Source: Caecitellus pseudoparvulus
Lineage: Eukaryota; Protista; Bigyra: Bicosoecida
DNA length: 64,000 nt
Assembly: GCA_965644315.1 (NCBI GenBank)
Contig: CBFFRQ010000046.1
Location: forward strand, 4,950 to 68,949
Direction of reading: 5' to 3'
The stretch's first letter is position 1. Every line of letters starts with the position of its first letter. Both the position numbers and the translations under genes were made by a program. Below, piece after piece: positions 9,781 through 21,500 of the stretch. The notes beneath the pieces are model-generated. The model had not been told where the DNA came from. It did no database searches and worked only from the letters and a program-made list of their open reading frames with translations.

Positions 9781-12426
9781 CTACTCTCCACCCAGATGCA
9801 GGCTAATGACGTCCTCTGCTGAAAAGGACGTGTTGCACATGGGGCAGCGGCGCAGGCGGTCTTTCATGCGCTGCTCAATGGCTTCCTTGCTCAGTGCGTG
9901 CCCACACTTCCTGAGCACGGCAGACTTGAAGGCGGTGGGCTGCACAGGGCACATGAGCATGCTCTGCAGGAATTTGAGCTTGCGCCGTGTGTCTTTGTCC
10001 GCTGGCTTGCTGCCTGCGGCAGCATCCGTTTTCACTTGGCCCGAGAACTGTGCCAGCTTCCCCTCCAGCACTGTCGCGCGCGTGATAGCGTCGGTCAGTC
10101 GCTGCTCCGCCTCCGCCTTGGCGGCGTGCGCCTGCTCCAGCAAGCCCCGAAACTCAGCCACCTTCTCCGCCCTGGCATCTCGCTGGGCTGTGAGGCTGCG
10201 CAGCACCTCGTCCCTGCTCACGAAGGCGTCGGAGCCAGGGCTGGCTGTGGCCCACGAGTGGATGGCTGAGAACCGCGCCGCTTCAGCCGCTGCCGTCGCC
10301 TCCGCCAACTGGCTGTCAAGCAAGGCGCCTTGCTGCTGGGAAGCGGCCAAAGCTTTGCGAAGCTCCTGCGCTGCGCCCTCGGCCGCCTGCGCCGCCCCCT
10401 GGTGCCTGCTGGCCTCCGCCTTGGCGTCTGCCAGCTCCGCTCGGGCCTCCGCCAGCTTGCCCGTGAAGTCCCGCAGCACATCATCCTTGGCTTGCAGCTG
10501 CGCCAGCGTGCCGTCCACTTGCCCCTCCAGCTCCTCATACGCCTCGCTCAGCTCGTCCACCGTCTCTGTCGCTGCATCCCGCTCTTGCTGTGCCGACGCC
10601 AGGGTTGCCTGCAGGGCTGTGAACGCTGTCGCCATCTTTTCTCGCTCGGCCCGGTGCCCTGTCGCCTCTGCGCGCGCAGCGCCCAGCTTGGCGTCCAGCG
10701 CGGCCATCTCGGCTTCCTGCGCGCCAGCTGCAGCAGAGCCCCGCGCTGCCTGTCGCTGGGCGGCCTTCAACTCCTCAATGGTGTTGTCGCGCTCACTCAA
10801 CAACTGCGTCAGCTTGGACACCTTGCCCTCCAGCACTTGCACGAATTGTGCCACGCTGGCGCTGGTGGTGCCGGCACGCTCCTTCCACTCCCCTCGCCAC
10901 CGACGAATATCGCCCGCTTGCCGCTCCAGCTTCTCCTGCTGGGCCTTCACCGTCACTTCTGCCTGCTGCAGGCGCTGGGTGTGGGTTTGGGCGATGGCGC
11001 ACTGGCGCTTGGCAGCCGCCTCTGCCTCTCGTGCCTGCTGCAGCTGCTGCGTCAGCTCCCGTGCCTGCGCAGCGCTCTGTGCCGTCACAGTCTGCACAGC
11101 CTGCGGCACAGCAGCACGAGCAGCTGCCACCGCTTCCATAGCGGCCTGTGACGCTTTGCGTTGCTCTGCCAGCTCAGCGGCCAGCACGTCCCGCTGCTGC
11201 GTCACCTGTGCCAGCTGAAGGAGGACTTTGCTGTGTTCGGGGTGGGCCTGCACGGCGGACACAGACACGGGCTGATCCACCATGCCCGCCAGCTGCCCTT
11301 GCAGGGCCTGGATCGTCTCCCCCTGACGCTGCAGCTGTTCCTTGTTCTCCTTCATCACGGTCTGAAACGCATCACGCTCCGCCCGCACCTCCTCCAGCTC
11401 CTCCCGCAGCTCGTCAGAGGGGCGGGCCTCCGTCGTCGCAACCGAGGCTGCTGCAGCCCCAGCGCCGACAGCAGGTCCTGCAGAGGGCGGTGCTTGCGCT
11501 GCCTGGGGCGCCGCCACGGCCGGGCTGGCGTCAGGGTTGTCGTACTGGAAGCGGGCCAAGTCTCGCTGTGCCACCCTGCTCACCTCCCGCGCCTCCGCCA
11601 ACTCCTCACGACAGGCAGCTTCAGAGGCTCGCAGAGCGGCAGCTTCCTGCTGCAGCTGCACCACCTTGCCAGACACATCCACGGCTTGCAAGGCGGATGC
11701 CTCTGACCAGCCAGTGGCGCCGCGGGCCAGCGCTTGCAGCAACGTGTGCAGGCCGGTCATGGTCACCTTGAGCTGCTCCTTGGCTGCTTCGGGCACGCTC
11801 TGCACCTGCCCCCCGCGGCTCCAGGCAGCTTGCAGCAGGGCTGTCATGGGGGAGCAGTCTGTGGCGGGGACATTGTTACTGCTTGCAGCCATGGCGGCCT
11901 TGAAGGCAGCCTCCACTGAAGCCTGTGCCTCCGGCCCGACAGCCGCGCCAAGGCCGCCGACGGCAGTTGTGATGTGGGTCTGGAACTGCACAGGAAGTGT
12001 AACGTGGGTGTGATGTGGTGCGCATCTGCGCACCCATGTGGTGCCTCCTGAGGAGGGCGTGGCCGCCGTACCTGTGTGAACATGTGGTGCAGTGCAGCAA
12101 GAGATGCCTCTGAGCTTTCCAAGTGCCGTTTGGATCGCTTGCACTCCCGTTGCAGGCGCTGGATGTCTCGCTTGAAGCGAAACATCTGCGTTTGCAGAGC
12201 TCTGTGCTTGGCCTTGAGCATGAAGGGCATTTCCTGCGAAGCGAGGCCGGACGCAGACGAGTGTGGGTTGTGATGCCTAGTTCCGCTTCAGCCCTCGCAC
12301 CTCAGACATGCTGCTGGAGGAGGCCAGTGCACCATCACTCGCTGCGCGCTTCAGAACTGGCCCGGCAGGCGCCTGGGGGCTGGGGGCCACAGAGCGCCTC
12401 CGCTTCTTAGGGTGTGCCGCCTCCAT
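9781..12426 (-). CDS. BRE1: E3 ubiquitin ligase BRE1/RNF20-like (coiled coil + C-terminal RING); exons 12426-12301, 12233-12072, 11985-9781
   Basis: Long coiled coil ending LMCPVQ...AVLRKCGHALSKEAIEQRMKDRLRRCPMCNTSFSAEDVISLHL, the BRE1 terminal RING pattern. Phase-0 GT-AG introns. Confidence 0.8.
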
Positions 12427-12731
12427 GTCCGACGTAGCGGGCCGCTGGCTTTGTCTTCGCCGGTCGCTGTGAACAAAGCTCGCGAACACTCCTGGAGCAG
12501 CAGCACACAGCACACTCTCGCCCCAGTCACACATCCGCCACCTCCGAGTGACTCCGTGAGGCCGACAGTGCCACGTCCAGGGGGTTTTGCAGCGATCTTG
12601 CCAAAGTAGCTGTACCGCCTGCCTCAGTGCTCCAACACCTGCGCACTCGGGACCCAGCCAGCTGGACCCTCCAAGCGGGTGCACCCTGCGACTCTGCACC
12701 TGATTCCCTCCTTTCTGTGCCTGACACCAGG

Positions 12732-14597
12732 ATGCAGGCTCAGCTTCGGCGTGTGGCTGCGGTCTTGTCCCGCACAGCAGCCAGCGGAAATTGGTCCCAC
12801 GCCAGGCATATTTCAAGCGGCACCACTGGTGGCTTGCGGTGGACCAACGCCAACAGCAGCGAAAGCGGCATTGTATTTCACACTGGCGGCTCCAACAGCT
12901 GCTCTGTGACCCTCCTCGGCACTTCTGCTGGCGCACCCAGCACATCTCGGTGCAGCAGTGGCTGCCTGGTGCAGCTTCCGGACACTTCGCTGCTGTTCGA
13001 CGCTGGGGACGGCACGCAGCAGCGCCTGATGCAAGCTGCCGCGACGACAGCATTGTCGCTGTCAGCGGTGTTCATCAGCCACCTGCACGGGGACCACGTG
13101 CTGGGCCTGCCAGCCTTCATCACAGGCGCCCTGAACCCGTACGGCAACGGCCCTGGGAGCGGGGCAGCAGGGCGAGGCAAGGCCACCCCCTCCTTGCTCA
13201 TCGTCGGTCCCCCGGGCCTGCACCGCCTGATCAAGGAGGGCTTCCAGCACTACTCCAAGCACGTGCGCAACCGGGTGCAGCTGCGTGTGCGGGAGATCCT
13301 GGCGCCAGGAGACCGCCCCAGCGTCTCCCACTCTGGGTTCGGTACCCGGGCGCCAGTGCAGGTGACTGAGGGCGGCACGTTGGTGCATGAGACGGACAGC
13401 CACACCGTCACCGCTGTGCCCACCCTGCACACTGTGCCGTCCTATGCGTATGTGCTGCAGGAGAAACCTCGGCGTGGCAGGCTGGATGTGGCCGCCTGTG
13501 CCCGGCTGGGGGTGCAGCAGCCCCAAGACTTCGCTGCGCTGGCTGCAGGCAAGAGCGTGGTGGGCAAAGGCGGAGTGGCGGTGGCGCCAGAGCAGGTGCT
13601 GGGTCCGCCCACGCCGGGGCGCAAGATTGTCATCATGGGAGACACAACGTACTGCCCGGGCATGGTGCCACACGCCAAAGACGCCGACTTGCTCGTGCAT
13701 GAGTGCACGGTGCTGGGGAGTTCCAAGGCACAGGAGGCTGCCGCAGCTCGGGCTGGCCACAGCGCCTCCCCCCACGTAGTGCGTTTCTTGCAGGAAACGG
13801 CTCCTCGCAGCACGCTGCTGACGCATTTTGGCGGGTCTCCCGAGACGCATGGTGCTGCCGCTGCGAGCATGGGTCACTTGGGCTTGCAGGAGGCGGCCAC
13901 CATGCAGATGCTGCTGGCTGGGCGGCCGCAGGAGGACATTCGGGCCTTCATCAAGGATGTCGTGACCCCGCTCCGCACATACAGCCTGGCCGCACCGCTG
14001 GGCCGCGAGATGGGTGGGTCACCGCTGCCAGACTCCATGCCGCCATCGGCACATGCCCTGCTGCAGAGCTGTCAGGGGTACTCTGGACAGGTGGGCTGGC
14101 TGCACCATGTGGCGGCAGCGTGGCACAGCTGTGCAGAGGCGCGTGCGGCACTGGCTGCCCCCCTACCCCCCCCCCCGTCTGCACGGAGGGGGGGGGCAGG
14201 GGCCTTACCGTGGGAGCAGCCCCCCCCCTCCACCAAGCGTGAGGGGGGGGGCAGTGACCCTGGCACATCACTTGGCTGGGCGGCACATGGGGGGTGCGAG
14301 TGGAGTGCGTTGGCGTGCGAGGCTGCACCTCGCGCCCCCACCGCCGCCACCATCCCCACCCTCTCCCAAGCCACACAGCGCACCTTCGAAGGGCCGGGTG
14401 AGTGGAGCATCACCAGTGGCGGGTGGGTCAGCACTGCCCCTAGTTGCCCCCCCGTGTGGGACGTGTCTTCCATGGGCTCCCTGGCTGAGTTCGTGGCGAA
14501 AGTCTCGGGAGTGGAGCGGGTACTAGCTGGGCGTGACTTCATGCGGGTGATGGTGCCCCCCCCCCCCACGGCGAAGGAAGGGGGGGGTGCGCGGTGA
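12732..14597 (+). CDS. Short-form ribonuclease Z (MBL fold) with likely organellar presequence and a large C-terminal insertion
   Basis: TLLGTSAGAPS, LFDAGDGTQ, SHLHGDH, HTVPSYAY, exosite arm, GRKIVIMGDT, DLLVHECT, GHS, LLTHF, terminal AGRDFMRV. Arg/Ser/Ala-rich, acid-free N-terminus. Confidence 0.88.
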   Translation: MQAQLRRVAAVLSRTAASGNWSHARHISSGTTGGLRWTNANSSESGIVFHTGGSNSCSVTLLGTSAGAPSTSRCSSGCLVQLPDTSLLFDAGDGTQQRLMQAAATTALSLSAVFISHLHGDHVLGLPAFITGALNPYGNGPGSGAAGRGKATPSLLIVGPPGLHRLIKEGFQHYSKHVRNRVQLRVREILAPGDRPSVSHSGFGTRAPVQVTEGGTLVHETDSHTVTAVPTLHTVPSYAYVLQEKPRRGRLDVAACARLGVQQPQDFAALAAGKSVVGKGGVAVAPEQVLGPPTPGRKIVIMGDTTYCPGMVPHAKDADLLVHECTVLGSSKAQEAAAARAGHSASPHVVRFLQETAPRSTLLTHFGGSPETHGAAAASMGHLGLQEAATMQMLLAGRPQEDIRAFIKDVVTPLRTYSLAAPLGREMGGSPLPDSMPPSAHALLQSCQGYSGQVGWLHHVAAAWHSCAEARAALAAPLPPPPSARRGGAGALPWEQPPPSTKREGGGSDPGTSLGWAAHGGCEWSALACEAAPRAPTAATIPTLSQATQRTFEGPGEWSITSGGWVSTAPSCPPVWDVSSMGSLAEFVAKVSGVERVLAGRDFMRVMVPPPPTAKEGGGAR

Positions 14598-14638
14598 CTG
14601 CACCTGTGCATTGTCGGGGCACACGTGCCCTGCCCCCC

Positions 14639-15733
14639 TCATCGCCCCCTGCCCACGAGGATGTCCACGATAGTGTCATAACTGCTCAGCGTGATGCTCT
14701 GCCCGAACACCACCCGCGGCAGACGCGGCGCCATGCCCTTCCAGAATGCAAACAGGCCCTCCTCAGCGAAGACCTTCTGCACGCAGTGCAGCGTGCTGCG
14801 GTACTGCGCCGCCTCCAGCCCCTGCATGCGTGTTTTCACCATGTCGAAAGGCATAGTGGCCAGCACGCTCACCAAGCCCGCTGTGCCGCCTGACAAGAAC
14901 TTGCCCCAGAACGCCATGGGCGCGCCGTCGCCGGACGCGAAGGCCTTCTTGATTTCCTCAAACACCAGGAAACGCACGCCCTGGTTGCCCATCTGCTTGG
15001 CCATGGTGGGTGTCCAACCCTTGTAAATGCCGCCCAAGCCTTCCTCCGCCCCGATCACGCGAGCGGCGTGGATCAGTCCGCGGTACTTGGGCTTGGCACT
15101 GTTCTGGTCATGGATCAGTCGAGTCTTCAGTGTCTCTGTGGCGGCGCGTCGCGGCGCGCGGTGAGCAGGGGGGGGGGGCGGGTGTGGGCCTCCGCACCAG
15201 CGAAGGTGCCAGGGAAGGTGCCCGGCCGTTGTTCTGAGAAGGCCGCCGCAGCTGCAGGGGGGTGGCACAGCACGCACCGACAGGCGTCACGACCAGGGAG
15301 GCCTCCACTGCGCCAGTGGCCATGCCAGCAGCCAGCGTGCGCAGCGCCGACAGCTTGCCTTGCTCATCCTGCGAAGGCAGACCAGGAAGGTGCACTTGGC
15401 CGCCAGCCACACGTGAGCCAGTCGCGGCGGGGTGCTCACCCGGAAGGCGTTCTTCAGGAACCCGAAGGCGGTGAAACGCAGGGCTGTCTTGGGGACAGTG
15501 CCCAGCAGCAAGGACGTCAAGCCTCGGTACAACGCCAGTGGCCCGCGTTCAGCAACAATGGTCTTCGCACAGTGCCAAGAGTTGCGGTACTTCATCACGC
15601 CCGCCTCCGCCTTCTGCAGCTGCATCTGAGTTTTCACATACTCTGTGGGGTACATAATAGTCACTTCCATGGCCCCTGCCAGGCCACCCGCTGTGCAGTG
15701 CACCAGGGAGCTCACACCCTCCCGCTTCGGCAT
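14639..15733 (-). CDS. Mitochondrial carrier, tricarboxylate/citrate carrier-like (SLC25A1/CTP1); 2 introns
   Basis: Three PX[DE]XX[KR] signatures (YPTEYVKTQMQL, TPVETLKTRL after splicing, MPFDMVKTRMQ); KQMGNQGVRF; FWKGMAPRLPRV. Confidence 0.88.
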
Positions 15734-15910
15734 GTTGCCTGCGTTTCAGGGGCGTTTCGGCTCAACCACACGCGCCCGGCGGCCCAAAACAGATCTGACG
15801 CACGAAAGCTCGCTTGGGGGTTCGTGTGTGGGAGCTCGCGCAGGAGTGCAGTGAGACGTGCCGAGGCTTGTGCTGGTTTGGTCAAGTGGAGCAACTGCCC
15901 GCACTCCGCC

Positions 15911-17150
15911 ATGGGCCGACGCAAGCGAGCAGCGAAGAAGGTCATCTTTTGCTACTACTGCGATCGAACCTTCAACGATGAGGCGTCCCTCATTGAGCAC
16001 CAGAAGTCCAAGCACTTTCGCTGTGAGTTGCAGGCCGACGCGGGCTCTTTCAATTTCCGCAACACGGACACCTGGCTGCGCGGCCCCTCCCAGGCCCAAA
16101 CTGCAACAAGAAGCTAAACGCTGCGGGTGCCCTCTATGTGCACTGTGAACAGTCCCACAAGTCACAGCTCTCAAAGTGCGTCTGCAGCCGTCCCCGTGCG
16201 TGCGTGCACCACACATGCACCCATCGCCTGCCTGCAGAGTGCCTGGCGCCGTGGAGGGCCGTGACACCTTCGACGTGGAAGTCTTCGGCATGCTGCATGT
16301 GCCTGAGCAGGCCATCCGGGACTTCATGCAGACACATGGCATGGGCGACCAGCTCCCGGAGCCCAAGCGCCCTCGAGCAGTGGCCGCTGCGCCAACGCAC
16401 GGAGCACCCCACGCGGCTGGATATGGCTTGCCTGCCGTGCTGCCGTATGGCGCCCAGGCACCTCAGCCACAGGCTGGCATGCCCTCCCATGCCATGCCAT
16501 ACTGCTGTGGTGGCATGCCACCACAGCAGTATGGCATGCCACCACAGCAGTATGGCATGCCGCCTCCTCAGTACGGCATGCCACCACAGCAGTATGGCAT
16601 GCCGCCTCAGTACGGTATGCCAGCACAGCAGTATGGCATGCCGCCTCAACACTACGGCATGCCACCACAGCAGTATGGCATGCCGCCTCAGTACGGTATG
16701 CCACCACAGCAGCACGGCATGCCACCAGCCTCTGTAGGCGGCGCCGCACCCACCATGCCGCCCAGTTCAAGCGCCACGCCCACTCCACCCACTTCGTCAG
16801 CAAGCGCCCCAGCAAGTGCTCCCATGGCAACACCACAGGCCACTGCGCCAGCACAACCACTAGCTCCAGTCCCAGCTCCAGTCCCAGCTCCAGCACCAGC
16901 TCCAGTCCCAGCTCCAGCACCAGCTGGGGAGTGGCAGCCACCCGAGGGCGTGCCGACCCTCCGGGCAGCTGACTTTGGGGAGCATGCGGTGCAGGTGGAC
17001 AAGGAGATTCTGGTGTACGGAGACGGCTTGCTGTCGCCTGAAGAGCGGCGAGCAGCCGCTCGGCAGGGGCAGGGGGCGGCGGCAGCGCTGCAGACGATGG
17101 AGGGCAGTTTGGCGGGGCGGCTCGAGAAGGTGCTGGGATCCCAGGGCTGA
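15911..17150 (+). CDS. ZNF207: BuGZ/ZNF207-like C2H2 zinc-finger protein; 2 introns
   Basis: MGRRKR...FCYYCDRTFNDEASLIEHQKSKHFRC-PNCNKKL...LYVHCEQSHK...VPGAVEGRD..DVEVFGM; C-terminal LVYGDGLLSPEERRA (GLEBS-like). Confidence 0.9.
16512..16727 (+). repeat. Coding repeat of ~10 YGMPPQ(Q) units (18/21-bp)
   Basis: Recurrent tatggcatgccaccacagcag / tacggcatgccgcctcag units inside ZNF207. Confidence 0.9.
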
Positions 17151-17344
17151 ATTGTCGCGCCACCTGTCCGCTGCCAATGCATTGGGAGGCTGCCTCGCCG
17201 TCCACTGGGGCTGCAGGCTGGGGCCTGGCAGGCTGCCACGTGCATGCATGTGCTTGGCGCGGCCCGCACATCGGCCATGAGAATCGACCCTCACCCCAAT
17301 AGCCTGTGAACGCTGTGCAAGCGTATTGAGACTGAGGTATGCGC

Positions 17345-18243
17345 TCACAGGCGCACGCCCTCCTCTCCCTGTCGGGGCGTGGTGCTGCGGGAGTACTCGG
17401 GAAGAAAGTAGAGAAGGTCAAGTTCCGGTGTAGCATGTCCCAGCTGCCTCAGGGCCGTCGTGACTTGCCCTCGGTGGTGCGTGGCGTGGTTGAACACGTG
17501 TGCGAGAATGGGCCCCCTCTCCCGCTGCAGCTCGCTGCCCTTCGTGTCCCTGTACACAAACTGCTGGGTCAGGTGCCGGGGCTCAAGCCTGCCCAGCAAC
17601 GCATCCCAGCGATGGCACTGGGCCACCAAAGCCTTCTCCAGTTCCGCGGAGCACGGCGCCAGAGCAGTCCACTTGCTTGCCTCGGCACCCCACAGAGAGG
17701 AGACCTCCGCGTACGTCGTCTCCTGCTTGCCCAGCAAGGGCAGCGACGACAGGCCCTGCATGCGCATGTACCTGTGAGTCAGGGGAGGGGGTACGGTGGC
17801 AGGCAGTGGCACAAAGCCGCTCGTTTAGAATGCTGTGCTCAGGGTCTCCCAAGACAGAGGCCCTGTGCAGCCGCGTGAGCTCAACCCACCACAGTGCCTC
17901 AGCCAGCAAACAGTGCAGCAGCGTTCCATTGATGCTGTCGAAAAACAGCCCTGCAGAGCAGCAAACGGAAGTGCTAGGGTCTCTGTCGTGTGATGCACTA
18001 TGGTTTGACCGTTCCAATGGCAGTTGCGCCTGGAGCGCTGCCGAGCACAGCTGCGTGCAGGCACCGGCGGGGTGCACTTCGCCCCACACCACGCCGCTCA
18101 CCGCAAGGCTTCACAGCAGCTTGAGGTCCCAGGAGGTGCACGTGCTCAAAAACACGGCCATAGGCCCAGTGATTGTAGGCAGACATGCACTTGAGATGGT
18201 TGAGCAGGCTCAAGCCTGCACCTATGCCTGCTTTCGCGGCCAT
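17345..18243 (-). CDS. DinB/YfiT-family (DinB superfamily) protein; 2 introns
   Basis: Spliced: YNHWAY...CGLFFDSINGTLLHCLLAEALWYMR...ILAHVFNHATHHRGQVTTALRQLG...PELDL, the typical bacterial DinB pattern with the metal-binding His residues. Confidence 0.85.
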
Positions 18244-18528
18244 TCTTAGCAATGCAGCCAAGTGTGTGCGGAAATCGGTTCACAACTCAGGATGTGGGAA
18301 GTGCCACATGCGCGCACTTGGGCAAGGGAATCCAGGTCAAGGCAAATTTTTCCCAACGACCCGTATTATGGTTGATCTTTCTCGTATTTTGTATTGAACG
18401 ACTTAGGAGGGCGGTACGCTTGGGGCTCAACTGAAGGTGAAGATGCGTCGCATCCTGGCTTGCTCGTGATGAAGCCGCGCGTGTCTGGTGGGCGCTTGTC
18501 CGCCAAGCCAACGCTGAGCTATCGTGGT

Positions 18529-21500
18529 TCACTTGAGCAGTTGTGTTGCGGTTCGGCTTGTGCTCCTGCGTCGTCCACCGCCACTTTGGCGTCGCGGACC
18601 GGAGCGCTCGTGAGTGGTGGAGGCAGCAGCGGCCGCGGCCAAAGACCTGAGCATCATTGAGTTGCGTCGGCGATTGTCCTTGACCTTTGTGGCACTGGCC
18701 ATGGTTTTGCTGGGTGGCCGTTCCTCCGCCCCAGAAGAGCTCCGGGGCCCAGCAAGGCTGGGCCGCTGCTGGCGACTTTGTACGGCAAACACCCTTCTTG
18801 CCGAAGCTTGCCTCGTCAGCCCAGCAACAGCTTCTAGAGGGGCAGCCTTGTGCTCGGCAGCTTTTCTCGCCAACTTCCCCGCCTTGGCCTGCTTCAAGCT
18901 GGGCTGGCGAGTGGGCCTGGCAGCGCTGGGCTGGAACACTGCTGGCGTTCGCTGCTGAGGTGTTGCCCAGCCCAGGCTGATGCTGACGGAGATCCCTTCC
19001 CACAACTGCCAGTGGGGCAACCCCCGACGAACAGCCATGTGGCTTGCTGGCATGGGACCAGCCCTCGGGAGTTTGCTGGAGCTTTGCTGTGCCAGAGGTG
19101 GGGCAGATGTGGGGGCACTTGCTGGCTCCAGCCTGCTTGGCTTGCCCGCGTACAGCTCGTCGTCATCATCGTCCGAGGTTTCTGGGGATTGATGAGGCGG
19201 GGTCGCGCGGTTTTCAGGGGCGTCTTTCGCTTTTGAAGCTCCATGCTTGCTGCCTGCAGCATCTTTCAGCATGGGGTTGGAGTGCGTCCTGCTGATGAGC
19301 AGAGCGCCGGAGGAGGTGGACACTGTGGGTCTGCGAGGAGCGTCCGCACTTTGAGAGCTGCTACCACCCGCCGGCTGACGCGTGCACCGTGAACAACAGT
19401 CCTTGAGCAGTTCGTTGCCGATGAACTCCTCGTCATCGTTAAGCGCGGCTGATTGTGCAGAGCTCTGCAGGTACACGATGCGCTTCTTCTTCTTGGGTTT
19501 GGTGCGCAGGCAACCACAGCGCCTGCCGATGACTCGCAGCCAGTCACCCAATGATGGTGGAGCAGCGTCGACGTAAAGAATTTCCTCCATGTCTTTAGGG
19601 CGCACGTACTCCTCGTCGAGCTCGGGGAACTGCTCGCGCAGCCACTTGTTCACCTTGGCAATCTTCGTCCGAACGGACTTCGACGCAGCTCTCAGCCAGA
19701 CTGTGAGCAGGGACAGCATGAGCAGCGTGTTCATGCTGACAATCACCAGCGCAAGGCCGAGGGAAGGCGGGAACAACAGCAGAGCCAAGGCAGTCATCAG
19801 CAGCATGAAATGGCTTTGCATGTCGGCCGTGTTCAGCTCAGGCAGCGAGTATGGCTTCAGGGTGAAGAGCAGCATGATCGTGACGAAAACGACCAGCACC
19901 AGCGTCACCATGCGGAAAGTCACATCCCACATCAAGTACACAGTGGCAAGGAAGGCAAAGCGCTCCCACAGGCGCACCACCTCAAACCAAGCCGTGATGC
20001 GTCTGTATGCGCCTGTGAGGTAGGCCAGGGAAAACCCGAGCATGCTGTGCGACGAGACATGTGCCCTGCAACGAATGAGGACGACGACAAGCAGGATGGG
20101 AACGAGCACGACATTCAGTGCGACGGCACCGGCGGCGACTCCTGTCGATAGCAATAGCTCTGGCTCGTCAGCATGGTGGCGGAAGGCTGTCACAGACATG
20201 CGCCGGTGCGAGCCGATCTGCTCGGTGCGCGCCAACAGCTGCAGCGCAGCGGTGGTCGCCATGCCCCACACGGAAAAGTACACCACAGCACTGGCCACTG
20301 CCATGCCCAGAAGCAAGTTCATCCGGTTCCGCGATGCAGGCGGCAGATCTTGTAGCACCCGCTGCATGGACCTGCCCGCTGCAGCAAGGGAAGCGCGGCG
20401 CTTGCCGACAGCGGCAGAGGCTGCTGACAAGCTTGGCTTGGCGCGGGCTACACTCGTCGCGCCGATCCAGACGGCGACGAAGAAGACCGTCAGTATCACC
20501 ACACTCAGCGCAACTTGGCCCACCTGGAACCAGTGGGCGGGGATGTTGACCAAGCACTGGCTTGCGGGACTGCTCAGCACTGCCGACGCGCCGACAACCT
20601 CACCGACTGCCGCTGAAGCACGCTGCATGCTCTTCAGAATACTGTACGGTTCGAGGGAAGCGGACTGTGCAAGTGGGTGGCTTGAAACAGGGTCAAAGCC
20701 GCTCACGGCTGGTGCAGACGTGTCAGCAGTCGCATTCAGGGACGTAGCTTGCGCGCGGCAGACGTCTGCCCACTGGTTCGCCGAGATGGCCATGCTGGTC
20801 GTGTCTGTAGGGATGTCTCGAGTGGACAACGTCACAACTAGCAGAATGAACAGCAGGGACAGGTACTGGATGATGATGCGATTGATGCCGCTGAGCAGGT
20901 CAACGTTAATTTTGCCTGCTTGCTTGTACGAGCGGAACGATGTGAAGAGCAAGAAGGCAACCAGTGCCCCCACAGACAGGAGTGGGAATATCCAGGTCAG
21001 GGCGTTGCCGCTTGGACACCGCTGACACATGCTGCAGGCATCTGTCGCTGTCCAGCCATGCTCACAAGCTGCACACAGCGCCCCGCCATGGCCTGGCGCA
21101 CACGTCAGGCGGGCTGGGCCGGTCTGCGCTACCAAGCACGAGCCTGGTCGCGGGCACCTCCATAGCTTTGCAGCTGTGTCCTTTTCGCGGAGGATCGCGT
21201 TGCCCTGGAGGCAGCTCTCACACCACATGCCAGCTTGGCGATACTCCTGCACTTGGCCATCAAAGGAGCAGCGAGCAACAGTCGTGCACGCCTTGCTTCT
21301 GGAGCCCAATAGTGCACTTGATGCTGATGGCGTCGGTGTGCTTTGCGAAGAGGAGGAGGTGGAGGGAGTACTCCCGGGAGTACGGGATACTGAAGGAGTC
21401 CCGGTGGAACTAGCCGTGTGAGACGGAGTTTCGGAGGCAGTTGGGGAGGAGGATGCGGTGTTGCTGGGTGTGACAGTAGATGTGGCGGTGTTGGACGCCG

